Shown one piece after another: positions 39,217 through 50,900 of a DNA stretch of 64,000 nucleotides. Each line of letters begins with the position of its first letter. Position 1 is the stretch's first letter. The stretch spans positions 41,480,001 to 41,544,000 of the forward strand of contig OZ076413.1 of assembly GCA_964187785.1 (NCBI GenBank), in the 5' to 3' direction. This DNA is from Amphiscolops sp. MND2022. Taxonomy: Eukaryota. The notes under the pieces were generated by a model. That model was given only the letters and a program-made list of their open reading frames with translations. It ran no database searches and was not told the origin of the DNA. The position numbers were made by a program, and so were the translations under genes.

Positions 39217-40161
39217 TCTACAACAAGTGAAACAGTCTATTTATTCTGTCTATTTAGTTCTGGTTATAAAATGTAAAGAAGAAAAAATGTTTTGACAGTC
39301 GCTCAGTGGAAAAAGTCTATAAAGAGATCTTTTGATATCATATATCTTCGTTGATCATGTGAAAAGTTAAAAAAATTGAAGGAGGGCATTTGTTTTTTTT
39401 AAATATGCTTTAGACCTTACGTAACAGACCCATTGAAAATTGAATAATTTTTTCTTATTCTACAAAAAAACAAGAGTCAAAAGATGAAATGAAGAAATTA
39501 GTCCGCCAGCGCATGTGCCAAATGGACCGTTTTTGCTGTTTTTTACACTATTGCTGTCACCCCAGAAATGCCGGCTGTGTCAACACTGCCAGTTTGTGCC
39601 CACGGAAACCCCGGCTCCAGGGCCGGAATGCTTGTTGCCAGTGCCCTAGTGGCTGTTATTGTATTGTAATGTTTAGATTTGTATGCTCGAGAGCTGCTTT
39701 TTGTTGATGGCCCGTTTGGTAATTTGTTAATTTCTCAGTATCTCCTGAAATTCACCGTTCGATATTCCTTTTGAAAGGCTGTTCAAACGGTGGTTAATTT
39801 CAAAAACCCAACAATAAACGCAATTTCAAATCAAATTTCAAAAACTGCTAAGTTTCAGCTGCAAATGAGTTTGCTTTCGACCAACCCTACTGAAAAACTG
39901 AAAAACGACATGATTTGTTTACAGCTAAGGAATAAAAACTTCGGGTTTAATGTCAAAGCGATCGTTTTTGTATAATTTTTTAGTCTTCAGAGGTTTCCAG
40001 TTAAACAAATTTGAATCATTTATGCTGAGAAAGCAAACTTTTGAGCTATTTTTGGTTTCGCAATTACAGACGTTGTGTGACAAAAGTTATGTCATAACTT
40101 GTGATAATTCATTTATAATGAACAACGTTAGGTGACTGACTAATGATTGTAAAACTTTGCT

Positions 40162-40225
40162 AGCGATTTCGATGAAGTGAAAAAACTCATTACAGCGATT
40201 TCGATGAAGTGAAAAAACTCATTAC
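40162..40225. repeat. Exact 32-bp tandem duplication
   Basis: AGCGATTTCGATGAAGTGAAAAAACTCATTAC twice. Confidence 0.95.
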
Positions 40226-40603
40226 ACTCACAAGGACATTCTGAGATTAAGTACATGCATGCTATGGTTGTCATCCACGTTTCTTAGATACCAACCAAAT
40301 CTTTGCATGACTCTCTTGTTAACGCGATTGTCGATCGTGTTTCGAATTATTGTTATTCCCTGGCACTCGTTTTTGTTACAAAAAACAGCAATCTTTGGTT
40401 GAAGTTAGCACACGCAAAGCTTGTTCACTTTCTATATTTCCCAATTGTTTCGAAATTACTTCTTGATTGAAGAACACCTCCAATTAACACTAGAGCATCA
40501 TCATTTCCTTATTGGTAATTTTCTTTACTGCTGATCAACGCAATTCTTGATTTGTTCCTGATCATAATTCAAATTATCAGTTCCTCACTCGAAGAGTTAC
40601 AAG

Positions 40604-41410
40604 ATGATGCCGTGCCCAGAGTCGCTAATGAAAGGAGCAATGGCTCTTAGCATCATCACTCTGTGTTTCGGTATAGTCATCAACATTCCTTTTTTGGTAG
40701 CTACCAAGTATTACCATGAAGGACTATGGCACCAATGTAAACGAAAAGAACCATTGTGAATAAATAATGTAATCATCACATGTTGTGAATTTGTGCATTG
40801 CCTCACTTCCGTATCAGTAGTTCAAAAGATTCGAGTTCGTTTTGCATGGAAGGCATCGATTCTATCATTTTAGAATTGTTTTCCAAAAATTCAAATCAAA
40901 TTCCATTTCAAATATTTTCCATACCAATGCAATGAAGCATTTCCAGCTGGGAAAGCCCACAGGTTTTGTTGGTCAATAACTAATAAAAGAATTATTTCGA
41001 TTGAAATTTTTAAACTTGTTTTGTCGACTCAAGTTGTGAAGTTACTACCGCATTATCTGTTTTGGTTCTTTTCTTCAAAAACATCAAGGTCACGAGGAAG
41101 TAAAAAATGGAGCAAGCTCCAATTTCTACTGCATAAGTAAGTTCTGTTTTTATTAGTGTACGCAAAACTAATTTTTGTTTTTCTTTGATCCCTGGTTTCT
41201 CTACCACGTTGATCATACTCTGACAATATATGACACCATACAAATCATATAATGTTTTATGATCTTACCTGTTTTCAATCAGGAACAATATATGAGTCAG
41301 AGTATGGTAAGTCTGGAACCATGAACCTTTATGGTCCAGTGTATGATCAGCCTGGAATCAACTTTTTTATTATGTCAGTGTATTATCAACCTGCTTTTGT
41401 CTGCAAGGGA
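40604..41410 (+). pseudogene. Probable degenerate claudin/PMP22-like gene, 5' exons
   Basis: MMPCPESLMKGAMALSIITLCFGIVINIPFLVATKYYHEGLWHQCKRKEP is a hydrophobic segment plus GLWxxC. Removing a 62-nt GT-AG intron (40756-40817) adds FSSKDSSSFC with a second Cys. Later hydrophobic fragments are disrupted. Confidence 0.42.
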
Positions 41411-41631
41411 AACCCGAGATCCTGGATTTGCTGCCCTACATCAGCATTTATGCATCTTGCAAAAATTTGGGCTCAGTCTAGATGACGTCACGGTGATTGA
41501 TATATCCAGAACTAATTTTACATTCGTTTTGAAACACTACTGAATAAAAAAACCATTTTCAACGTTGCTTATGGGTACAAACTGTTGTTTTAACAAAGTC
41601 CTTTCATAATCGATTAATATTGATTGTTGGA

Positions 41632-43172
41632 TGTCGTAACCATCACCATCTCATAAGAGTCTACGGAAATCTCCCTAGCTTGATTATTACGATTACTCTT
41701 AACTGATTTCAAATTAGGAAGGTTTACACGTGTTTTACGGCTCATTCCAACATTTTCCCTTTGGTAATGTCCTTTGGACCGAAGGTCGAATTTTGTACTA
41801 GAACTTGCGCTGTGCGCGTTTAGTGCATTTCGAATAGTTGGTAACTCTTTTTCTTCAATAGCAGAGTTAATCACTTCAAGCACATGTGCGTTCAGGTCAA
41901 TTCTGTTTGCTTCAAGCGTACTAGACATTTGAGAAGAAATCTCCGAGTTAATACCTCTACTAGTTTCATCTGTAATTTCACTAATATCACTTGTATTAGT
42001 TTTCAGGAGTGACTTCAAGTTCTCTCCTGCTTGGCTAATTCCCCGTTGTAGTCTATCTGACACTAGGTCAGTTCTATCTCTCTTAATAATTTTTGCCTTT
42101 CAAAGCCATATAAGGGACATATCTCATAATAACATCTATATTTTCAATATCTGACATTACGTTCGAGTGTCTTGAGCGTTTCTTTTTTGCTTTCTGCTTT
42201 CTGATAGAAGGCATTATTAAGTCCAAAATTGATGAATTGAACTTTACTGAGATGTATAACAAAGTTTGAGCGTCAATTTGATTGTATTTGAGCAATATCA
42301 AATTTGATCCCTCAATCAACGGGTGTCTCGTATTTATAGCAAATCGGACATGACAGCCCAGAAATGGAATGCCACGCAACTAAAAACAAAATAGAATTAA
42401 GTCAATAATACAATGAATAACTAAATGTCATTACGTTGTCCTAACTAATAATAACTAAACAATATTGCGTCACTTCCTGGGTTGAATATGGTCTAAAAAT
42501 TGCAACAGTGATTGTAACATATTAATGCCTAACTAATGCTATACGATTTTACATGACCTTGGGTTTTAATGTATTCAGAATATTAACAAATACATTTTCG
42601 CAAGATAATGAGAATAGAGGAAGTAGCGTCCACGTGACTACAGCACAAGAGTAGTTAGAGTAGTGATTGGTTGGCAATGAATGCGGACAGCGCGTCAAGC
42701 GGACTAGAGCTAAGTACCAGTTGAACCCGTTTCCGATTTTACTATAAGTATCAGTTGATTACATTTACAGCTTCATTATTCAATAGAACTAGAAGAAGCG
42801 TTGGTTTACATGAGAAAACTAACACAAAATCAAGGAACTGCATAGTGAAAAACAATTTTGAATATTTATATAGAACTGTTGCTGATTCAAAAATGGTTCA
42901 CCGTTTTGTTAGTTTAACGTTGTAGTGAGATTAGTGTAGCTCCGGTTACGAGTATGAATGTAATAGCTAATGCAAGAATATAAATATTCAAAGTTATGAC
43001 AATAAGATGTTCACAAAGTCTACATACATCCAAAAGTATATTGCTGTCGTCGGGCTGACCTCTAGTCCAACTCATATTATAAATAATGGCAAAGTCCCTG
43101 GGGGAGGCATTGAATTGCCGCTAAAAAGAATTACCTGATAATAGTTTCTGTCGCAAGCGGCAGTTTGTGACA
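41632..43172 (-). repeat. 3' LTR (~1.54 kb)
   Basis: Colinear with 53755-55263 (roughly 85% identical by eye, with indels). Begins TGTCACAAACTGCC on the minus strand. Confidence 0.92.
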
Positions 43173-43892
43173 CTCCTCTGGGGATGAGAATGAATGACCC
43201 TGCCTTCATTTCGGCTTGAAAAGCGTGTCTCCACGCCATCCGTTTGCGGTATGACTCCCCCTCTACGGTCGGGTTCTCTAGATAGCCAAGTGATATTTCC
43301 TCTTGGATAGACGCAAAGGACCGGCCGCGCACGACACAGTCTGCTTGATGTACTTCGCTGGGACGTCCACAAATACCACTGATGCTTACTGCAACTCCAG
43401 TAATATGAGGATTTGGAACCCATGGGTGTAGTTCATTCCCCATTCATTGCGCATGCTCAAAGTCAGGAGAAGGTCCTCGATCTTGGAGGTGGTGATTGAG
43501 GAGATTCCATTAAGGGCTCAATGCGGCTACCTTGTGTTATGGGGTGGTTAGGATTGTCGGCTGACAGGGATTCCAACTCCTGCCTTTCGACTAGCCACTT
43601 GACCAGACAGCTATTGGGTTCTGACGTTTCGTCTATGGGACAAATTGATCCTTGGACAATGACCAGTTGGTATTCATTTCTGTAGTCATTGCTCTACCCC
43701 CAGCCAATTGCGGGGCAAAATCGGCACTTCGCGATAACACGCAATGACCTCGATATCACTACCTCCTTCGTCCTGGACTCTCCTTCCTTTCGTCATTGAG
43801 TTGATGTCATTTTCCATTTCTTCATCAGTGCAATCAGTTGAAGCGCTAATTAAAGGTCGAAGTAGTTCATCAAAGTTGAGGTGTAGAGACAT
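43072..43892 (-). pseudogene. Extra sense-strand ORF overlapping the PPT and the start of the 3' LTR
   Basis: Fragments 43686-43892 (MSLHLNFDELLRPL...SDIEVIACYREVP) and 43072-43443 (...ADCVVRGRSFASIQEE...FILIPRGVSQTAACDRNYYQV). The latter crosses the LTR boundary at 43172 in frame. Confidence 0.5.
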
Positions 43893-44677
43893 TTCGTGGC
43901 GATATTGTTTGAGAAAGCTTTTCTTAACAATTTTGCTGGATCAGCGAAAATTTTTCAGGGAGGAAACTGTTCCCTAAGAAAAAAATGAGAAATCGAATCG
44001 GTTTAATGCAGCTGACCTTAGGTTGTATCCCCGAGTCTTGGCGGGAAGAGGAAGCGTGGAACTTTCACGAATCTTCAGTAGACATTTCCTTATAATTCCA
44101 TTTTAGTCTTTTAATCACGGATCAGGTATGAAAAGGGGTAACGCCACTCTACATGAGTGGCTTTTTAATTGTTATTCCACTGTAATTTACTTCACCAACA
44201 GCTTCAAAGTCGTGAAGGGCCAACAGAAGTGTTTACAATCACTATCTTTTTTGTCAAGTTGTTTCAAGGACCAGCGGTCCGCGCGACTACAGCATTTGTA
44301 CATTTGTACTGGCCAGTCAGAATGAAATTGTAGACGAATAATGAAATAAAAAACAATCCTGAAATTTAGGTTAGTGACAACTGAGAATGATGAAATTGAT
44401 ACTAATTTCACTATCATTCAATGATGAATCTCTGTATGTCACTGGCAGGTTTCATAATATGAGAAGAAATCATTGTAAATTGTTAATTATGATTAGTAGT
44501 GTGTAAAAGCGCTTTTTGTAAAATCAATTTTATTATACTGCCACGACGTCTGTTTAAATATTACCCAGGTGTATAATTGTAGAAACGTTAGAGTAGTAAA
44601 GTAGATGTACGTGTAGGTAGCTGTAGCTAAATAATAAAATTAGTTATTATTAAGTAGTTGAGTGCAGTCCAACTGAC

Positions 44678-44881
44678 GGATCTTTTCTGTTAATTCCCCC
44701 CACCAATTTAATTCCCCCCCAGTTAAGCGGTCAAGTGAAATTACCACTGAATTAAAAGTAACAACCAATCAAATTGCAGTATTTTATAACTCTAACTGCA
44801 ACTGAAACTCATCGCTGATAGTGGTGGGGAATTAAAATTTATGCGCTTACTGTGGGGGGGGGGAATTAACAGAAAAGATCC
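44678..44881. mobile_element. 204-bp MITE, GG-initiated TIRs, 8-bp TSD (Merlin- or MULE-like), nested in the Gypsy element
   Basis: TIR GGATCTTTTCTGTTAATTCCCCCC / GGGGGGAATTAACAGAAAAGATCC with CAACTGAC on both flanks. Confidence 0.9.
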
Positions 44882-45793
44882 CAACTGACTTATGGTCACT
44901 TAGTTTTGATTGGTAGAGTATAGTGATGGTGTTTAGTCAACGTAACGCTTTGTTCGGTAGTAGATAATTGAACAGGGGTCAGTGAGTGTAGTTTTTGATA
45001 CTTTTGGTCCAATATGTCAAATAAAGGGTAAGCTTGCAGAGTGGGTTTCAGTTCAACCTCAAGTAATACTGTAACTATATTTGAGATATTTAAACGAATG
45101 CTTCTTTTCAGTCAAACGCACATTGTATTCTTAATATTGTTACTCATTGCACTGTTCTTAACATTCAATTATTACGTTTAATTGCCACTAGCAGTTTCAT
45201 TGGTTTATTTCGAATTGATCAACTGTCCACTGATTTCAATTAATCAAGTAGATCTCCAAGCAGTATCACCTGAGCTATTCTAGCTGACGTTCGTATCCTC
45301 GTGTAGTCTCTTCGCACCCCTGAAGACATCGTACCATGGGTATGGAACCTTGTAGTAAAGAAGGACATCGTAGCTCCATGGATCTAATACTTCCTTGGTA
45401 AGCGTGAGCTCCCTAATGTCTATTTTTTCATATTAACTGCCATAAGAGAAAATGCTAGGATCAGCTAACAGCAACCCGTCAACAGAGATTAGGTTTCCGA
45501 CCTTCCTGCGCATTTTGTCAAAAGTAGTTGCGACTTCAGTGTCTACCATCCACAGAAATCATTCCTGGAGAAGATTTTCAAGTCCCAAGCCTGCTTCAAC
45601 AGAGCAATTGAGCTGCATCAATTCTGCTGTATTGATCTACAGAATCAGTATCAGGTTAGCTCTTTTTAAGAATTGTCAAATTTAGGCTTGATGAGGGTGA
45701 TGATTTACTTCCTCCACAATGAAATGTTATTGCTAAACATGAATGTTTTGTTTATAGAGACGGATTCATATTCATCTATTTCTTTCTGTTTAG

Positions 45794-47800
45794 GTGAAGA
45801 TAAGGACAGCCAACCTTCTCAATTGAACTTGTGTGAGGAGATAATGGAGACTAGCCATTCGTTTGCTACCGCCACCTCTTCACTAGGGAAATCTCCAACT
45901 GCTGACGCCAATGTCGGAAAGGTACATTTTGTGGACCCTGTGTCCGGTTGACTTGATGCAACTTCTAACCCCGCAACTCTCCAGACTGATCAAGAAGTTC
46001 AGCCAGAAGACCCTCTCGTACATCGCAACCAGAAACTAGTGTTGTTACACCAGGACCAATTGCCGTTACTACCGAGAGCAGCAGTGTCGATGAAAGTTGC
46101 AGTGCCCACATTAACCAGAGATGGGAGTAGCTTTAGGATACTCATGGCACAGACCCAAGATATCATAGTGTGTTCGGAGGAAAAAAAGGCCAGTGATAGT
46201 TCCCAGCTGTAACTTGACCCTAGTCAGCATCAGTTCGCTTTGGAAGAGATGGAAACTCTCAGAGGTTACTTTCCTTGACCCTCCGTCAGTCCCATCAACG
46301 AGAAATATTAAGTCAGGCTTTGGACCCTCTGTTGCCAAAATCCAAAGTTTTTGTTTTAAAAATTGCTGATTCAGAGGTAGTCCACGTCATTCCAACCAGC
46401 CAGTCCAATCCACTCAATTCCTCAGATTCAGCTTGTTCGTCTACCGATGAATTCGGTTCTACAGAATCAGAGGACAATGATGTGATCAAGTCTCCCCAAC
46501 AGTCCATCAGTGACACTGGAGTAGACTCTGTCGGTTCAACAGAGTCAACGGTTGCAGAGACACTATTTGCTCCCGCTAAGACCACTTGCTTCAGAGTAAG
46601 CGATGCGGCCAGCGTTACTTCAGTCAACTTCTCAGAAGCTCCTTTCCGAACTCCCCAGCTGACCTGCAGTAGCAGGACCTTGATAACGGAATACTTTGAT
46701 GAGGCAGTACCATTGGGTTGGCCACCTGGGCATCGACCGATTGCACTAAATGAAAGTCAGATCAGCCAGATACTCAAAGTTGTCGCAGATGAAGCTGTTA
46801 GATCATCTTTAGGATCAATGGCGAATTTGTTTCAGCAGGCAATTCACTTGAACCTCGGGACCTGAACCGACTGCACACACCTAGATCATGGATAAGGCGG
46901 TCGTCAATTGGAACTAGTGACGCTGGCTCAGAACACGGGGTTACACCAGGAGCTGCAAGTGACACTAGAGGAGCCCTCAGAAGCGACGACGATTTTGCAA
47001 GGATTGGATATGCCTACGAGCACTCTGACTCTGAAGGCCAGTCACTGACCACTCCTCCCACAAGTCCTCACGGATGCAGTCTGTCTGACCTTCTGTCCAA
47101 TGAGGTGCTTACCGATGTTGACAGCACTGGGACTCAAATTCTGGCCGGGCTCAAGGCTGAGGCGATTGCTGAGAAGAGCAGAGCAGTGACCCGTAAGAAA
47201 AACAAAACAAACAGGACCATCTCGACGCGGCGATGGAGGTAGACAACGAGCGCCTTGACTAGTTTACACTATTTTCCATTACGCGCGTTGACACAGCTAC
47301 ACCGTCCAGGCATAGACCGTCTTGACTGACTTACGCTGAAAGACCTTTTTACGGAATCAACAGATTACGCTGCGTGACTGAAATCCACTTTCCCGGGACG
47401 TGTATCGTAATGTAACCAGTTCTTTAGCAGTTTCCAGCAGCGCAGCTACTTCCAACCAGACGATGAGTCGATCTTCTCCGAAGAGTTTTTGTCTTTCCTG
47501 TATGAGTTGCGGAAGGAACAGCCAGAGCTTGATCAACCTAGAGTGGTTATTTTTGATGAAGTTTCTTTCAACGCCAGTCACGATGCCCTGAAGTCTCGTC
47601 CACATTTGTCACGTATTTACGTATTTATGAACTGAGTTGCCTATGTTTCGACAAGGCATATGACGATATGCCTCCTGTGATGTGAAGTTCGGACCCGTAG
47701 AGACCGATGATCTCCAGAGAAAACTGATGGATACGCCCGAACTGATCCAGAACGCCCGAAGAGATCATTTTCTAAGCGCCAATCTGACAGAATTGCCAAC
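45794..47800 (+). pseudogene. Antisense ORF remnant inside the Gypsy element
   Basis: Plus-strand coding-like fragments METSHSFATATSS... (ATG 45844), 46275-46865 (ITEYFDEAVPLGWPPGHRPIALNESQISQILKVVADEAVRSS) and FQQRSYFQPDDESIFSEEFLSFLYELRKEQPEL (~47430-47530). Candidate upstream GT-AG intron 45398-45793. Confidence 0.5.
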
Positions 47801-47996
47801 GTGTTCCAACACTCCCCACTCTGATAGAGACGGAGTATTTGTACATTAAGTACAATTGTACTTCATTTTGTATCTATATTGTGGGTATGCTTGTAAGTTG
47901 ATTTGTTGAATTTGAGTTGTCATTTCAATTTTATTTCTTTGATTTCTGTTGTGCCATTTTTGGCGGCTTAAATCTGGCAATTCTTATTAATTTGCG

Positions 47997-50900
47997 TCAG
48001 CTAGTAAAAACTTTTGTATCTTCTGAGTAGCTAGGATTTGGGTTAGGGCGTAAGTTTTTTCCCCGATATATCGAGCGCGGTTGTATCGTTTTCCCATTTT
48101 TCGTTAGTTTCGATGTCCTTGTCCGAAGACGAGTTATTAGGGTAATCGGCGGAACCAGTTTTTTGGTCGAGTCGAGTGGACTGGGGGTCCTCATTTGTCG
48201 TTTCTGCGTCATGTCCCTTAATTCCAACAACGTCAGTATCTTGCTATAGTCCAGTGGACCGAAAGTCCACATTCGTCATTTCGTGGCAGGCTGGTTAAAA
48301 TCAGGAGCTAAGTTTCCCGAATCATCAGAAGGGTCAAATTATGCAGGAATGATATCACCCCGGGCTGAAGTTGGATAATCTTCAAATTTGGTTTCTCATG
48401 ATATAAAATAAAGGTCATCCTGCGGAATCTTTTTGCAGATTGCTTTCAGGGCGATTATCTTGCAATACCTTATTCGGTTTGTATTTGCGTAATCGGATTC
48501 GATGTTGGATTTTTGTTTTGCTAGTATTAAGTTTGCCAACTATGTAGTTTTCGTTTGGTAAGACATTTTCAAAGACTTAGAGTCTCATCCAACGAAATTC
48601 ACGAAATGGGATTTTCGAGCCCTGATGGTCAGCGAAGGGTTGTAATAGAAAGCAAATGTCTCCTTCTTTCGGCGGTGCTGCTTTCGTTTTCTTATCAAAA
48701 AGTTCTTTGTGTTTCAAACTTGATTGCAATTTGTCTTTCTTTGTCACATCAATGAGTATCTGTGTTCGCTTGTGGAATTCTGCTGGGAAAGCAGTCGTCG
48801 GAAGGAATTTCGGGTTGGGATTGAGTCATAGCTCGTGATCTAGTATGTTCAAACGTATCGTTCTATGAAAAATCCTGGATGGTTCGCATCCTGGGCTTGA
48901 GTGGTAGGTGGTATTAAAGTTCAGAACTGCTAATGGAAAGTATTTTTGCCATTGGCATCTGTTTTCTCTTGAAGACATTTTCAGATTCGTTTTGAGGCTA
49001 ATATGCGTTCTTTCTAGTTTACCAATGGTTTGTGGATACTTTGTAGTTGCGCACTTTATCTGAACGCTTAGGATTTTTTCGATCTTTCGTCTACTAGTCG
49101 AGACGTAAAGGCGGTACCTTTATCAGTACCCCAAGAGTTGGGCAAGTATGAATGTCGCGTCATGATGTCAATGAGTACAATGGCTGTACTTGGGTCTGAA
49201 GCTTATACAAATGATAGTCTCGTATCCTCTAATCAGAGGAAGATTTGGTAATATGTCAATTTGAAGTTCGTCTTCTGGGCCTAAATCCCATTCTGCAAAA
49301 TGAGTTGTTCAAGTGTTATTGCGGCATTTTTGATACTTTTTTCTTTTATGCTTGTTTCACATCCTCGGACCCTATTTTGACAATTTTTGCGACGCCCGAA
49401 TAATAGTAATTTTGTCAATTTTCCTGTAACATTTTTGATATTCCAGGATGTTTCTTAGCAATTCCGCGAAGGGATTTAAGTAGTTCGTTGACCAGGTGTA
49501 AGTATAGCGCTTGATAGTATTGAACACTTCCCGTTTCGTCAAAACATGTCCTGGTAAAATTATTGTCTTGAATAAGACTGCCGGTCAAACTGACTGCAGT
49601 AATGGCGGTATCTATAATGTTGCTGCAAGATGGTTTCCGAGTATTCCTCTTTTAACAGCTCGATGCGCAATTGCTGTAGAATGATATCATTGTTCTTCTC
49701 AATAGGCTTAGTGCTATTAAAAGATAGTTTTGCGAGATTGGCATTTGAACGTATGTACTATAATGAGTGCTAAATTTTGATAGGGAAACATGCGGTAGTT
49801 GGTTTGGCGGTTGACGGGTTGTTTCTGGCATCGCTTTCTCTGCCAGAGTTGTTCTTGGGTTTCATCATCATGTTTTGTAAAGAGAAATTGGTCTTCTTCA
49901 GCGATTTCCGCCGATTGGATATTGAGTTTTATAGGCGGTATAGGAACATCCTTGCGCATTCCTAGTATTAATTTCTATCTCGGTGAGATTTCTAGGCGTG
50001 ATAGATACTCAGCGGCATTGTTGTTTTCACCGGGAATAAAACCTATTGTGAAAAGGAATTGGATGACATAATCACACGCGTTCCAGAGCGCAGGTGGAAT
50101 GATTTTTGTTCGGAAAAACTCCGTGACTAACTTAATGTCTGTCACGATAATTACCGCTCTCAAGGTTCCGCAAAATGTATGTCCAAAGTCTTGAAAAACA
50201 AAGAAAATTGAAAGAAATTCTTTGGCATAAATGGAAATTTTCAGTTGAGTAGGACTGAAAGTCTTGGATCAGTGTTGGACTCGAGGTTTTTGTGGCTTCA
50301 CACCTGCAGGAGTTATAGTGGATCCAAGTAAATCAATCGCTGTGGCTCCAAAGTGGCATTAAGTCATCGTTGGTTTTAGCCCCGCTGTCTGGATGCGTTT
50401 GAACGTTGCTCTGAGATTTTTGATCAGTTGTTCAGCATCGTTGGCGGTAATTCCAATGTCATCGACGTATTGCGCACATTGGTCAGTTTTTATCACTTTG
50501 TCTAATTATTCGCGCATGAATCTCCAAAACGTTGATATTGCTCTACTGAGACCTTGGGTTAATCTACGGTAGGCAAAGATTCTGCTCGCATAGTTAAAGG
50601 TTAGCATCTTTATTCACCGCTGGTCAGCCATTTGTAAGCAATGGTTCGCTTGAGAGCAGTCCAATTAGCAGGGCAGACTTTTGCCTGCCATTTGTTATGC
50701 CGCGTCAGCGAGAGTACTAACAGGATGATTGTTGTTGATTATCATCAGCGATCAAGATATTTATTTTCCGTAGGTCGACTAAGAGTCGCAATTTTCAATT
50801 GGGTTTCTTTTGTGCGAAGATCGGGCTTGCATATTTGGAAAACGGGACAATTGTTATTATCTCGTAACGGTGTTAGAGTGCCAGTTCTACTAAGATGTCC

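Noticed and set aside
39071..39295. ORF with RE repeat
   Set aside because: Translation of the (GA)n microsatellite.
39489..39707. Cys-rich 72-aa ORF as a metallothionein or toxin
   Set aside because: Irregular Cys spacing, no signal peptide or paralog; plausibly an effect of TG-rich composition.
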